A stretch of DNA of 64,000 bases. It comes from Planctomycetota bacterium (GTDB taxonomy: Bacteria; Planctomycetota; UBA1135; UBA2386). The notes under the pieces are model-generated. The model did not search any database and was not told where the DNA came from. It saw only the letters and a list, made by a program, of their open reading frames with translations. Position 1 is the first letter of the stretch, and every line of letters begins with the position of its first letter. Position numbers and translations under genes: made by a program. This document shows positions 7,476 to 16,585 of this stretch, one piece after another. Location: positions 15,455 through 79,454 of the forward strand of contig JAPYTD010000012.1 of assembly GCA_029936315.1 (NCBI GenBank), in the 5' to 3' direction.

Positions 7476-10400
7476 ATGAAGTCTTACCACACGCATCGCT
7501 CGCGCTCGGCTTCTCCCGTCGCTCGCACCCTCTCCACCTTTGCCGCAGCAGGTCTCATCGCGTTCGCGATGGGTGCTAGCGGTTGCGATGGCGGCACCAA
7601 GGGCGACCCCGAGAATCGCGGCGATTTCCTCGTGACCAGCATCAGTACTGGTTCCGGCAGTGTCTATCCCTATCGCATTCGTGCGACTGACTCGTTCGGC
7701 AATCCAACGTCGACGGTCCTCAACATCGAGAGCGAGAGCACACTCAGAGCATTCGTTAGCGGCAACAACGGTGTTTTGCCCGTTGCGACTCTGCCGACGG
7801 CGGCTGTGCTGCCGAACGGTGATCCAGGAAACCACTTCCTGCACTTCACATTCAGCCACAAGATCAACGTCGATTCGATCCTGAGCAACCTGCTCGCGGA
7901 CCAGTCAAACTCCGGCCTGACGGGCTCGTTGAACGTGCTCTCCTACGACCCCGGCACCGAGACGACGACGACCATTGCTGGTCGCGGCTTCGTCAACGGG
8001 TTCACCTACTACAACGAAGGTGGCACGCTGGTGAAGGTCAAGGCAGTCGAGGCCGACGGCAATGACATCGCGATTCTGGATTCACGCGCCGATGGCTTCC
8101 CGAGCTACGCCGGTGCGGCCGATCTCGTGTCAAACAAGTCGTTCACGTTTGTGGCAGATACTACCAATACTACCAATGGCGACCTGAGGGCTCCCTTCGA
8201 GACCTTCCCGACCGGCAGGTTGCTGCGTCTCGTCATCACCAACGCGGTGCGCGACTCCGAGGACCATATCCTCGAGCAGGAAGTCGGCACGGCGACGACC
8301 GTTGGTCCCGACCCGGACCCGCCGCAGGTGCTGCGTTACCTGACCACTCCGGACATCTCCCCCGGAAACGGCCAGACCGGCGTCGACCCGACGGGCACGA
8401 TCCTCATCAAGTTCAACAAGCCGGTGCAGCCGGGTGAAGTCGGCACGTTCTTCGATTCGACGCTGTTCACGCCGGCGACTGGTGGTGTCTCGCTGCAGGT
8501 GACTTCGTCCGCCGCGACGTTCCCGGTCATCTACTACGCGGACCCGGTCAGCTTTGGCGACTTGATGAACTACATCATTCGCCCGGCTTACAATCTGCCT
8601 GGTATGTCGCAAGTCGACGTGACCGTGCAGACCACGACGATCAACAGTCTCAACGGTGACTTGATCGGGCAAGCTGTGACGTCGTCCTACACGACGGGCA
8701 TCGGTCCAGGTATCGTCAACGCGCCGGTCTCCCCCGAGGTTATCTACTTCGGTATCAGTGGTGCGGAGCCGGGTATCAGCGTGCTGGACCTCAATGGCTT
8801 CGGCCAAGGCACTGGCGATATCGACGACACGAACTGGCCGCGTAGCCCGAACATCGGTGTGCCTGGCATCGTGCCGTCGATGTCGCCTGGCACGTCGAAT
8901 CTCGACGCTGGGGGCAAGGGTGTGCTGACGCTCACCGAAGACACCAACGGCAACACGCGGCTGTTGCGCGATCCGATCGTCAGTGACGTCGGCGATATCC
9001 ACATCGGCGCGCCGCTCGACCTGATCTTCAACAACGAGAACATCAACCGCAACGCCAGCCGTTCGAACCAGATCAACGAGTCCCTTGGCCTCGTGCAGTC
9101 TGGCAACACGATCACGCAGCCGCCGATCCCGAACCCGCCGCGTCTGATCTTCCCGCCGCCAAACCCCAATCGCGCCATCTTCGGTGAGGAGCCGGCCGTC
9201 AAGTCGTCGCTCGGTCCCCCGGGTGCCTTGGTGACCGGTGGTCCCGGGGCACAGTGTCTCGGTGTTGGCCTGAACCTGCTTCTTACCGGCAACCCATTCT
9301 CGCAAGTTCAGAATGAGTTGGGCATCTACGGCACCACCTTCATGGGTGTGTTCGTCGGTCCGCAGCCGCCCCCGGCTTCGCCGCCGCCGCCGCCGCCGTT
9401 CTGTCCGTTCACGTCGCGCCAACAGGTTGGTCACTTCCTGTATGTGCTCGATCGCGACAACCGACAGATCCTGGTCGTCAACAGCAACCGCTTCACGCTG
9501 CTCGACACGATCAAGATGTCGGACCCGGTCAGCATGGCGATGGCGCCGAACATGACCCGTTTGGCAGTTAGCAACTTCGCGAGTCGCTCGATTTCGTTTG
9601 TCGATATCAATCCGCTTAGCTTGAACTTCCACCAGATTGTCGCCGAAACGCGTGTCGAGGCTAACCCGAATGGCATCGCATGGCAGCCTGACGGTGAGGA
9701 GATCGTCGTGGTCTCGACCACAGGGAACCAGTTGTCGGTCATCAGCGCGTTGGACTACTCGGTCAAGCGCACGGTGGCCGGCTTCCTGAATGCCCCAATC
9801 GACGTGGTCGTTACCGAGCGCTACACTGCCTCAGGCAACCTCTCGGGGGTCTTCCTTGGCTACGTGCTGAACTCCGACGGCTCGGTTGCGATCTACGAGT
9901 CGGGACCGGACGGCGTCAACGGGATTGGCTTCCAGGACATCATCGCTGCGGTGACCAACGTCTCGTTCCCGCGGGCGAAGGCGATGCTCTACGACCACAA
10001 CCAGCAGAACGGTGGCGTTCTGATTGGCCATGTCGATGAGTCGGGGTTGGGTCAGGTCTCGCGTTTGGGGCTGACGAGTACTCCGATTGGACAGTTGCCG
10101 ACGAGCCCGTCCAGTGGTGGGTTCATCCTGCCACCGACGTTCCGCCAGAAGGAGTGGACGGTCGTGCAGCGCATTGGTGGCACGCCGGCTCCGGGCTCGT
10201 TTGTGGATCAGATTTCGGGCAATTCGATCATCGACCTTTGCCACGACGATCTATCCAACTTCGGTGGCTTTTCCGGGCAGGTTAGCCCGTTCTTCTCGTC
10301 CGCCGCGACGACGCCCTACTTCCACTCGGGCAAGCATGTGCTCAAGAACGGGGCTGGTGGGTTGCTACAGGCCGTGGTGCCGAAACTGCTCTTCATTGCG

Positions 10401-10508
10401 TTGTCCGATGTTGGCAACGTCGATGTGTTCGAGATCGATACGGGCACTCGCTTGGCGACCATTTCGGTGCCCGGTGTGAGCGTTGTTACGAGTTACTGGC
10501 GCCAGTAG
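7476..10508 (+). CDS. Large (1010 aa) surface lipoprotein with Ig-like domains, a polyproline linker and C-terminal YVTN-type beta-propeller repeats; function unknown
   Basis: Has a signal peptide with lipobox-like GASGC. SbsA-type Ig-like segments are present (PQVLRYLTTPDISPGNGQTGVDPTGTILIKFNKPVQPG). The linker is PPPASPPPPPPF. Propeller repeats include HFLYVLDRDNRQILVVNSNRFTLLDTI and NPNGIAWQPDGEEIVVVSTTGNQLSVISALDY. A strong intrinsic terminator follows. Confidence 0.75.
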   Translation: MKSYHTHRSRSASPVARTLSTFAAAGLIAFAMGASGCDGGTKGDPENRGDFLVTSISTGSGSVYPYRIRATDSFGNPTSTVLNIESESTLRAFVSGNNGVLPVATLPTAAVLPNGDPGNHFLHFTFSHKINVDSILSNLLADQSNSGLTGSLNVLSYDPGTETTTTIAGRGFVNGFTYYNEGGTLVKVKAVEADGNDIAILDSRADGFPSYAGAADLVSNKSFTFVADTTNTTNGDLRAPFETFPTGRLLRLVITNAVRDSEDHILEQEVGTATTVGPDPDPPQVLRYLTTPDISPGNGQTGVDPTGTILIKFNKPVQPGEVGTFFDSTLFTPATGGVSLQVTSSAATFPVIYYADPVSFGDLMNYIIRPAYNLPGMSQVDVTVQTTTINSLNGDLIGQAVTSSYTTGIGPGIVNAPVSPEVIYFGISGAEPGISVLDLNGFGQGTGDIDDTNWPRSPNIGVPGIVPSMSPGTSNLDAGGKGVLTLTEDTNGNTRLLRDPIVSDVGDIHIGAPLDLIFNNENINRNASRSNQINESLGLVQSGNTITQPPIPNPPRLIFPPPNPNRAIFGEEPAVKSSLGPPGALVTGGPGAQCLGVGLNLLLTGNPFSQVQNELGIYGTTFMGVFVGPQPPPASPPPPPPFCPFTSRQQVGHFLYVLDRDNRQILVVNSNRFTLLDTIKMSDPVSMAMAPNMTRLAVSNFASRSISFVDINPLSLNFHQIVAETRVEANPNGIAWQPDGEEIVVVSTTGNQLSVISALDYSVKRTVAGFLNAPIDVVVTERYTASGNLSGVFLGYVLNSDGSVAIYESGPDGVNGIGFQDIIAAVTNVSFPRAKAMLYDHNQQNGGVLIGHVDESGLGQVSRLGLTSTPIGQLPTSPSSGGFILPPTFRQKEWTVVQRIGGTPAPGSFVDQISGNSIIDLCHDDLSNFGGFSGQVSPFFSSAATTPYFHSGKHVLKNGAGGLLQAVVPKLLFIALSDVGNVDVFEIDTGTRLATISVPGVSVVTSYWRQ
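9381..9398 (+). repeat. (CCG)6 trinucleotide tract encoding polyproline
   Basis: Read directly: tcg ccg ccg ccg ccg ccg ccg ttc = SPPPPPPF, inside the 1010-aa lipoprotein gene. Confidence 0.9.
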
Positions 10509-10540
10509 TTCGGAGGCCAGACGGCCAGTAATTGGTCCCG

Positions 10541-10582
10541 AAAACGCCCCCTGCCACTCTTTGGCAGGGGGCGTTTTCGTTT
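10541..10582 (+). terminator. Rho-independent terminator
   Basis: AAAACGCCCCCTGCCA - CTCTT - TGGCAGGGGGCGTTTT followed by CGTTTCC. This is a 16-bp GC-rich stem with a U-run, about 30 nt after the stop at 10508. Confidence 0.85.
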
Positions 10583-10635
10583 CCGGGCCGGGTCTCCGGT
10601 GACACTCGTTGAGCTTGCCACTGGCTTCGCGCAGA

Positions 10636-11343
10636 ATGCCCGTAAGAATGCCTGACGCCGCCACCATCCAGCAGATGTTCGCCGAGGTAGCTCCGGGCTA
10701 CGACCGGGCGAACCGAGCCCTGTCGATGGGCGTGGACGTCATGTGGCGTCGACGCACCGTCAAGATCGTGGCTCCGCAGGCAGGCGAACGCGGCCTCGAT
10801 GTCTGCTCCGGCACCGGCGACCTGTGCTTTGCCTTGCAGCGCGCTGGCGCGTCGATGCTTGGTGCCGACTTCTGCGCGCCAATGCTCATGCGCACGCACC
10901 ACAAACAGCCGAGCAGCGGGCATCGTTCTGAGTTCCTGGCTGCGGATGCGATGAACCTACCGTTCGGCGACAACCAGTTCGGTTTCGCCACCGTTGCGTT
11001 TGGCATCCGCAACGTCGCGGATCCAGTCGTGGCCCTACGCGAAATGGCACGGGTCGTAAGGCCAGGCGGCCGGGTTGTCGTGCTTGAGTTTTGCAAGCCG
11101 CGCTTGCCCGTGTTCGCTTCGCTCTACCGGTTCTACTTTGGCCACATCCTGCCAAGACTCGGCAAGTGGATCAGCGGCGCCAAGAACGACGCCTACCGCT
11201 ACCTACACGACTCTGTGCAGGCATTTCCGGAGCGCACAGCGTTCCTTGAGCTGATGCAGGAGGCCGGGTTGGCATCGCCGCGGCAGCGCTTGCTGACCGG
11301 CGGCATTGCCGCCATCTATCGTGGCGAAGTCCAAGCAGGCTGA
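10636..11343 (+). CDS. ubiE: Demethylmenaquinone/ubiquinone C-methyltransferase (UbiE/MenG)
   Basis: MFAEVAPGYDRANRALSMGVDVMWRR matches the UbiE N-terminal YD..N...S.G.h..WR signature. The SAM motif is LDVCSGTGD, and VAFGIRNV and GGRVVVLEF are also present. The start could be 10609, 10636 or 10648. Confidence 0.85.
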   Translation: MPVRMPDAATIQQMFAEVAPGYDRANRALSMGVDVMWRRRTVKIVAPQAGERGLDVCSGTGDLCFALQRAGASMLGADFCAPMLMRTHHKQPSSGHRSEFLAADAMNLPFGDNQFGFATVAFGIRNVADPVVALREMARVVRPGGRVVVLEFCKPRLPVFASLYRFYFGHILPRLGKWISGAKNDAYRYLHDSVQAFPERTAFLELMQEAGLASPRQRLLTGGIAAIYRGEVQAG

Positions 11344-11404
11344 TCGCGAAGCCGCGGCAGCACCGCGGCCATCGAGCTACTTCAACTGGTCGCGGGAACC
11401 GACC

Positions 11405-12073
11405 ATGGGTCTGTTCGCCGTGCTGCCGCTTTGGATCGCGTACATCGTCATGCGTTGGACCCTGGCGCCGGATGAGCGCAACGGTGCGGAGCTCCTGTTG
11501 CTCCACGAGATCGGTCGCTTCGGAGAGCACGCACACCTCTACGTCAGCGCCGGGTTTGCCGTGCTGATCGCGTTCGCGGCACGTTCGCTCGTCAGGCGCA
11601 AGGTGCCGTGGTCGCGGGTCGCCGCGGTCATCGCAATCGAGGGCATCGTCTATGGGGTGATGCTTGGTCCCATTGCGTCGGCGATGACGTCGTCGGCCAA
11701 CCGGCTGTTGTCCCTCGACCCTGCCGGGCCGTCGATGGTCGCGAACCTAGTGGGTTCGGTTGGTGCCGGGATTTTCGAGGAACTGGTCTTCCGACTCGGG
11801 TTGATGTCCGCCCTCGTCTGGATCAGCATGCGTGTCGTGCGTGGATGGGCGTTGTCCAAGTGGCTCGGCGGCCTGTTTGCAGTTGTCGGCAGCGCGTTGG
11901 TCTTTTCGTGGTTCCACCACATGTGTGGCGAGCCGTTCGATCAGGGACGATTCGTGTTCCGCACGATGGCTGGCGTATTGCTCGGTTTGTTGATGTGGAT
12001 GCGCGGCTACGGCGTCTGCGTCTACACCCACACCGTCTACAATATCTACTTCTACTGCGTCCATACAACTTGA
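11405..12073 (+). CDS. CPBP (CAAX/Abi) family intramembrane metalloprotease
   Basis: A multi-TM protein carrying the EExxxR motif (GIFEELVFRLGL) and a FxxxH motif (FSWFHHMCGE). The start could be as far upstream as 11306. Confidence 0.75.
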   Translation: MGLFAVLPLWIAYIVMRWTLAPDERNGAELLLLHEIGRFGEHAHLYVSAGFAVLIAFAARSLVRRKVPWSRVAAVIAIEGIVYGVMLGPIASAMTSSANRLLSLDPAGPSMVANLVGSVGAGIFEELVFRLGLMSALVWISMRVVRGWALSKWLGGLFAVVGSALVFSWFHHMCGEPFDQGRFVFRTMAGVLLGLLMWMRGYGVCVYTHTVYNIYFYCVHTT

Positions 12074-12729
12074 TGACGTCCAGCAAGCACGCACAACAAG
12101 CACGTAGCTTCGCCGTCTGCTTCTCCGGTGGCAGCGGCAGCCGCTATGGCCGGCGGTTGGTCGAAGTGTTGCTGCAGTCTGGCTTCACGGTGCACCTGTG
12201 CGCGACGGGCGCGGCCCTGCGCGTTTTGAAGCATGAAGACGGCGAAGAGCTAGATATTGCGGCACCGGACCTTGCCGCGTTGTTTGCACCTGCATTGCGC
12301 GAGAACTTGCACGTGCATGCACTCGACGCTGTCGAGGCTGCCCCAGCTTCGGGCAGTGCCGGCATCGCCGCGACCATCGTCGTGCCCTGCAGCATGGGCA
12401 CACTGGCGCGCATCGCCCACGGCTTCTCAAGCAACCTGGTTGAGCGTTCTGCCGACGTCGCGATCAAAGAAGGTCGTGCGCTGGTATTGGTGCCGCGGGA
12501 GACGCCGCTATCCCAAGTGCATCTTGAGAACATGCTCAAGCTCGCTCGCATGGGCGTGATCGTGTTGCCGGCGATGCCTGGCTTCTACCACCGCCCCAAG
12601 AGCATTGAGGAACTCGTCGACTTCATCGTCGGCAAGATTCTCGACCGCCTCGACGTGGCGCATTCGTTGGTGGCACGTTGGCAGACGCCAAAGTCCTCGT
12701 CGCAGTGGGATGAGGGAGAAGCGACGTGA
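12073..12729 (+). CDS. ubiX: Flavin prenyltransferase UbiX (MqnL-like in a menaquinone context)
   Basis: FAVCFSGGSGSRYGRRLVEVL, VVPCSMGTLARIAHGFSSNLVERSADVAIKEGRALVLVPRETPLS and VLPAMPGFYHRPKSIEELVDFIVGK match UbiX/Pad1. The ATG overlaps the upstream stop (TGATG). Confidence 0.9.
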   Translation: MTSSKHAQQARSFAVCFSGGSGSRYGRRLVEVLLQSGFTVHLCATGAALRVLKHEDGEELDIAAPDLAALFAPALRENLHVHALDAVEAAPASGSAGIAATIVVPCSMGTLARIAHGFSSNLVERSADVAIKEGRALVLVPRETPLSQVHLENMLKLARMGVIVLPAMPGFYHRPKSIEELVDFIVGKILDRLDVAHSLVARWQTPKSSSQWDEGEAT

Positions 12730-13598
12730 GTAACGCGGTCCTGCAGCGCGCCCAGACCTATGCGGGCTTGGTCAAACTCTCGCACTCGGTGTTTGCGATG
12801 CCGTTTGCGTTGTTGTCATTGCTGGTCGCGACGGATGGTGCACCGTCGCTGCGCTTGCTTGGCCTGGTCGTCTTGGCCGTGGTCGCGGCGCGCACGGCGG
12901 CGATGGCGTTCAATCGCTACGCCGATCGTCGGCTCGATGCGGCCAATCCACGCACGCAGAATCGCGAGATCCCGAGTGGCGCGGTGTCGCCGGCAAGTGC
13001 CCTGTTGTTGACCTTCTGCGCCAGCGCCGCGTTCTTGCTGATCTGCTGGCTGTTGTCGCCGATGTGTTTCGTGCTCGGGTTGCCAACCCTCGCGTGGTTG
13101 CTCGGCTACAGCTACGCAAAGCGCTTCTCGTCCTTGTGCCATCTGTGGCTCGGTGTGGCGCTCGGCGTGTCTCCGGTCGCCGCGTGGTTCGCAGCAGACG
13201 GAGAGTTTGGGCCGCGTCTGTATGCGCCACTTGTGTTGGGTGCATCCGTGGCTTTATGGGTCGCCGGGTTTGACGTGCTTTACGCGTGCCAGGACGACGA
13301 CTTCGATCGCGAACGTGGCCTGCACTCGTTGCCGGTATTGCTCGGCCGCAAAGGCGCCATGTGGGTGAGTCGATTGTTGCACGTGTTGGCCCCGCTTGGG
13401 TTCTTGACCTTTGGCTGGATGACCGGGCTGCAGCGCGTCTATCTGGGAGGCGTTGTATTGGCGGCTGGTTTGTTGATCTGGCAACACCGCCTGTTGCGGC
13501 CCAACGATTTGTCCCGCATCCAAGCGGCGTTCTTTACCGCTAACGGCAGCTTGGCCGTCGTGATGTTCGCAGCTGGCTGCGTCGACCTGTATCTCTAG
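12726..13598 (+). CDS. UbiA-family aromatic prenyltransferase (4-hydroxybenzoate polyprenyltransferase / MqnP-like)
   Basis: Polytopic membrane protein. The first Asp-rich motif region is AARTAAMAFNRYADRRLD and the second is ACQDDDFDRERG. The GTG start overlaps the ubiX stop (GTGA). Confidence 0.85.
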   Translation: MSNAVLQRAQTYAGLVKLSHSVFAMPFALLSLLVATDGAPSLRLLGLVVLAVVAARTAAMAFNRYADRRLDAANPRTQNREIPSGAVSPASALLLTFCASAAFLLICWLLSPMCFVLGLPTLAWLLGYSYAKRFSSLCHLWLGVALGVSPVAAWFAADGEFGPRLYAPLVLGASVALWVAGFDVLYACQDDDFDRERGLHSLPVLLGRKGAMWVSRLLHVLAPLGFLTFGWMTGLQRVYLGGVVLAAGLLIWQHRLLRPNDLSRIQAAFFTANGSLAVVMFAAGCVDLYL

Positions 13599-13602
13599 TC
13601 AG

Positions 13603-14766
13603 GTGGCAGCTCCCAATCCGAGTATCGAACTGGCCCGGCTCGACAAGCTGGTGCGCGCGGGGCTGCCGCCAATTGTCGCGATCACTGGTCCGAGCGACTT
13701 CTTTCGCAGCAAGGCGATAGAACGGCTGCTCAAGGCTGTTCCCGAAGAGGCCGAGCTGCGGCACGTCGACGGTGCCGATCTCAAGGCCAGCAACGCCGAC
13801 GCAGAGGAGGATGCTCCCGTTGGGGCGGTGTTGGCGCCCGAGCTTCAGGACCTGCGCGGCGGCGGGTTGTTCGCGACGCGTTCGTTCGTCGCGGTGCGCC
13901 GCGGCAGCGCTTGGTGGCAGAAGCACAGCGCGGCCATTGCCGAACTGGCCCCGAAGATTCCTGATGGCTCCGGGTTGTTGCTCGAGGCGGCAAAGCTCGA
14001 CAAGCGCAAGAAGGCGGCTGCGGCATTGGTCAAGGAACTGATCGCAGCTGGGGCGTTCTTCGAGTTCCGCGATCTCTACGAACTGCCGTTCGATCGCGAT
14101 CTAGGCCCGTTGCAAGGCGAACTGTGCAAGTGGGTGCTGGTCTGCAGCAAGAAGCTCGGTGTGCCGCTCACACCTGAGAGTGCGGTGTTGTTGGTCGCGC
14201 AAGTTGGCAAGTCGCCCGGAGAGCTAATCGCCGAACTCGAACGGCTTAAGTCGCAGTTTGGGGCTGATCCGGTTGGCGCGCCGCTCGCGCCCAAGGACCT
14301 CGCCGGCAAGTTGACCGTCAGCTTCGAGTCGACACCGTTCGAGTTCGCCGGGGCGGTGCTCAGTGGCGATCGTAAGGCGGCGCAGCGGTCGTTGTCGGCG
14401 ATGTTCGCGCGCGGCGTCAGGCAGCAAGACGGCAAGGTCATGGACACCGGCGGCTTGCTGCCGTTTACGAGCAGCTGGCTGTTTCGCCAAATGGGGCAGG
14501 TCTACGAAGGCCGCGTCTTGCTCGATAGTGGCGTTTCGATGCGTGACGTGCCGGGGCGTGCTGGCGTACGTCAGTTCGCCGATCGTTTTCTGGAGCAAGT
14601 CAAGCAGTGCAGCATCGCCAAATTGAATCGTGGCGTCACGGCGCTGCATGCCTGCCAGCGCAAGAGTCGCCTACACGGCACGGATCCGGAAGTGTTGCTC
14701 GAGCGCTTCCTGGCTCAGTGGTTTGATGGTGCTGCGATTGAAACCGCGGAGGAGTTGGAACTGTGA
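13603..14766 (+). CDS. holA: Probable DNA polymerase III delta subunit (HolA-like)
   Basis: The call rests on weak motif and size evidence. PIVAITGPSDFFRSKAIERLL resembles the delta N-domain. The protein is 387 aa and helical at the C-terminus. Its stop overlaps the mutL start (GTGA). Confidence 0.5.
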   Translation: MAAPNPSIELARLDKLVRAGLPPIVAITGPSDFFRSKAIERLLKAVPEEAELRHVDGADLKASNADAEEDAPVGAVLAPELQDLRGGGLFATRSFVAVRRGSAWWQKHSAAIAELAPKIPDGSGLLLEAAKLDKRKKAAAALVKELIAAGAFFEFRDLYELPFDRDLGPLQGELCKWVLVCSKKLGVPLTPESAVLLVAQVGKSPGELIAELERLKSQFGADPVGAPLAPKDLAGKLTVSFESTPFEFAGAVLSGDRKAAQRSLSAMFARGVRQQDGKVMDTGGLLPFTSSWLFRQMGQVYEGRVLLDSGVSMRDVPGRAGVRQFADRFLEQVKQCSIAKLNRGVTALHACQRKSRLHGTDPEVLLERFLAQWFDGAAIETAEELEL

Positions 14767-16562
14767 TCAAGAAACTGCCCATCGCCGTAGTCAATCAGAT
14801 CGCAGCTGGTGAAGTTGTCGAACGCCCCGCCTCCGTCGCCAAAGAGCTGATCGAAAACTCGCTCGATGCCGGCGCAACTCGCATTCGCGTCGAGATCCTT
14901 GGTGGCGGAGCCGAAGAGCTGACGGTGATTGACAATGGCGATGGCTTCCTGCCGGAAGACCTGCCGTTGGCGTTTGCCAGCCACGCGACCTCCAAGCTCG
15001 CCAGTGTGCATGACCTCGAGCACATTGGCAGCCTCGGCTTTCGCGGTGAGGCGTTGGCATCGATTGGCGCGATTGCGCGGGCTCGCGTGCAAAGCAAACG
15101 CGCCGATGCGTCTGAGGGCTGGGAGGTTCGTTGCGACGGTGGCGTTGAGACCCAGCCACAGCCGGTTGGTTGCCCAAAGGGCACGCGCATCGAGATCCGC
15201 GACCTGTTCTTCAACGTTCCGGCACGTCGCCGTTTCTTGAAGGCGCCGCACGCCGAACGAGCTCGCATCCAGCAGTTGCTGGCCGAGTTGTCATTGGCGC
15301 GGCTCGATGTCGACTTCACCCTGATCAGCGACGGTAAAGAACGCCTGCGCTTGCCGCTCGGAGTGTCGCTCGCCGAACGCGTGCGACAGTGTTTTGGTCG
15401 CGAGTTGGGGCACGGCCTGTTGCCTGTAACCCGCGAGTTTGACGGCCTGAAGGTCGAAGGCGTCGTCGGAGAGCCTGACCTGGCGCGACGCGATGGCAAG
15501 CTGGAACTGATCTACGTGAACGGTCGCATGGCGCGCGAGAAGAGCGCCCTGCATGCCATTCGCCAGGCCTACCGCGAGTTCCTGATGGGTGGGCGCTTCC
15601 CGGTCTACGTCTTGCAAATGGTGCTGCCGCCGAGCCTGGTCGACGTGAATATCCATCCGCGCAAAGCCGAAGTGCGCTTCGTCGAGTCGCGCAAGGTTGC
15701 CGGTTGTTTGCATGAAACGGTTCGCGGTGCTTTGCAGGCGCGCACGACGTCGATGGGCGAAGGCGCGACCAGCCGCGAAGGTGGTGTCGAGATCCGACCC
15801 GAGATGCCGCGCGCGCGTTCGGGATTTCCGATGGGTTCCTCGTCGCTGTTTGAGAGTCACGCCGCTTCGCGGCCCGCTAGCTGGAGCACGTCCAGTGATA
15901 CGGGCGCCAACACCGAAGCGGCGATTGTGCGCGAGCCGGCACCCGGTTCCCCGCCGCAACAGGCGCAGCGCCCCAATCCGTTCCAGCGGGCTTCGGGTCG
16001 CTTTCTGCAGATCATGGATCTCTACCTGCTGCTCGAAGGTGACGATGGCCTACTCGTCGTTGACCAACACGCGCTTCACGAACGAGTGATGTACGAGCAA
16101 CTCAAGAGTCAGCACGCGGCACGCGATGTCCAGATCCAGCGTCTGCTCGTGCCGGCCGTCGTGGAGGTTACGCCGAGCGAACAGGCCTGGCTTGAATCGA
16201 TCCAGGACCAGTTGGCGACCGAAGGTTTGCTGTTGGAGTCCTTTGGTCCCAACGCCGTTGCCGTGCAAGGCATGCCGGCGGTGCTGTCCCGGACGGATCC
16301 CAAGCAACTGGTCAAAGCACTCGCGGCCGAGGAATCTGATGACGGCAAGAGCTCGCTCGGCGAACACATCTCCGAGCGATTCCATTCGATGGCGTGTCGC
16401 GCCTCAGTGATGAGCGGCGACCGCCTGACTGACGAAGAGATCGCGGAACTGCTGAAGGTCGCCGCAACGCTTGAACACCCTCACAACTGCCCGCACGGTC
16501 GCCCAACCGTGCTGACATTCAGCTCCGCTGAGCTGGAGCGCTACTTCCGACGACGCTGCTAA
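14763..16562 (+). CDS. mutL: DNA mismatch repair protein MutL (endonuclease type)
   Basis: The N-terminal GHKL ATPase is IAAGEVVERPASVAKELIENSLDAGA plus DNGDG and GFRGEAL. The C-terminal VVDQHALHERVMYEQL is the DQHA(x)2E(x)4E nuclease motif. Confidence 0.95.
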   Translation: MIKKLPIAVVNQIAAGEVVERPASVAKELIENSLDAGATRIRVEILGGGAEELTVIDNGDGFLPEDLPLAFASHATSKLASVHDLEHIGSLGFRGEALASIGAIARARVQSKRADASEGWEVRCDGGVETQPQPVGCPKGTRIEIRDLFFNVPARRRFLKAPHAERARIQQLLAELSLARLDVDFTLISDGKERLRLPLGVSLAERVRQCFGRELGHGLLPVTREFDGLKVEGVVGEPDLARRDGKLELIYVNGRMAREKSALHAIRQAYREFLMGGRFPVYVLQMVLPPSLVDVNIHPRKAEVRFVESRKVAGCLHETVRGALQARTTSMGEGATSREGGVEIRPEMPRARSGFPMGSSSLFESHAASRPASWSTSSDTGANTEAAIVREPAPGSPPQQAQRPNPFQRASGRFLQIMDLYLLLEGDDGLLVVDQHALHERVMYEQLKSQHAARDVQIQRLLVPAVVEVTPSEQAWLESIQDQLATEGLLLESFGPNAVAVQGMPAVLSRTDPKQLVKALAAEESDDGKSSLGEHISERFHSMACRASVMSGDRLTDEEIAELLKVAATLEHPHNCPHGRPTVLTFSSAELERYFRRRC

Positions 16563-16585
16563 CAGCACGTCGGGGCAGCGGGCCG

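Noticed and set aside
7062-7859. 265-aa minus-strand ORF and two plus-strand ORFs (7075..7440, 7172..7579) in the 424-nt leader
   Set aside because: They have biased Arg/Ser composition, overlap each other and the lipoprotein start, and carry no motifs. I also looked for 6S, SRP, tmRNA and RNase P hallmarks and recognised none, so the region is reported only as an unexplained leader.
8130-9632. 500-aa minus-strand ORF inside the 1010-aa lipoprotein gene
   Set aside because: It is Arg/Asp/His/Val-rich low-information sequence, exactly antisense to a gene with clear domain content. This is a typical high-GC shadow ORF.
11608-12072. Upstream extension of the ubiX ORF (track ORF 11608..12729)
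   Set aside because: It overlaps the CPBP protease gene in a different frame and is Arg/Trp/Val-rich. UbiX homology begins at the ATG at 12073.
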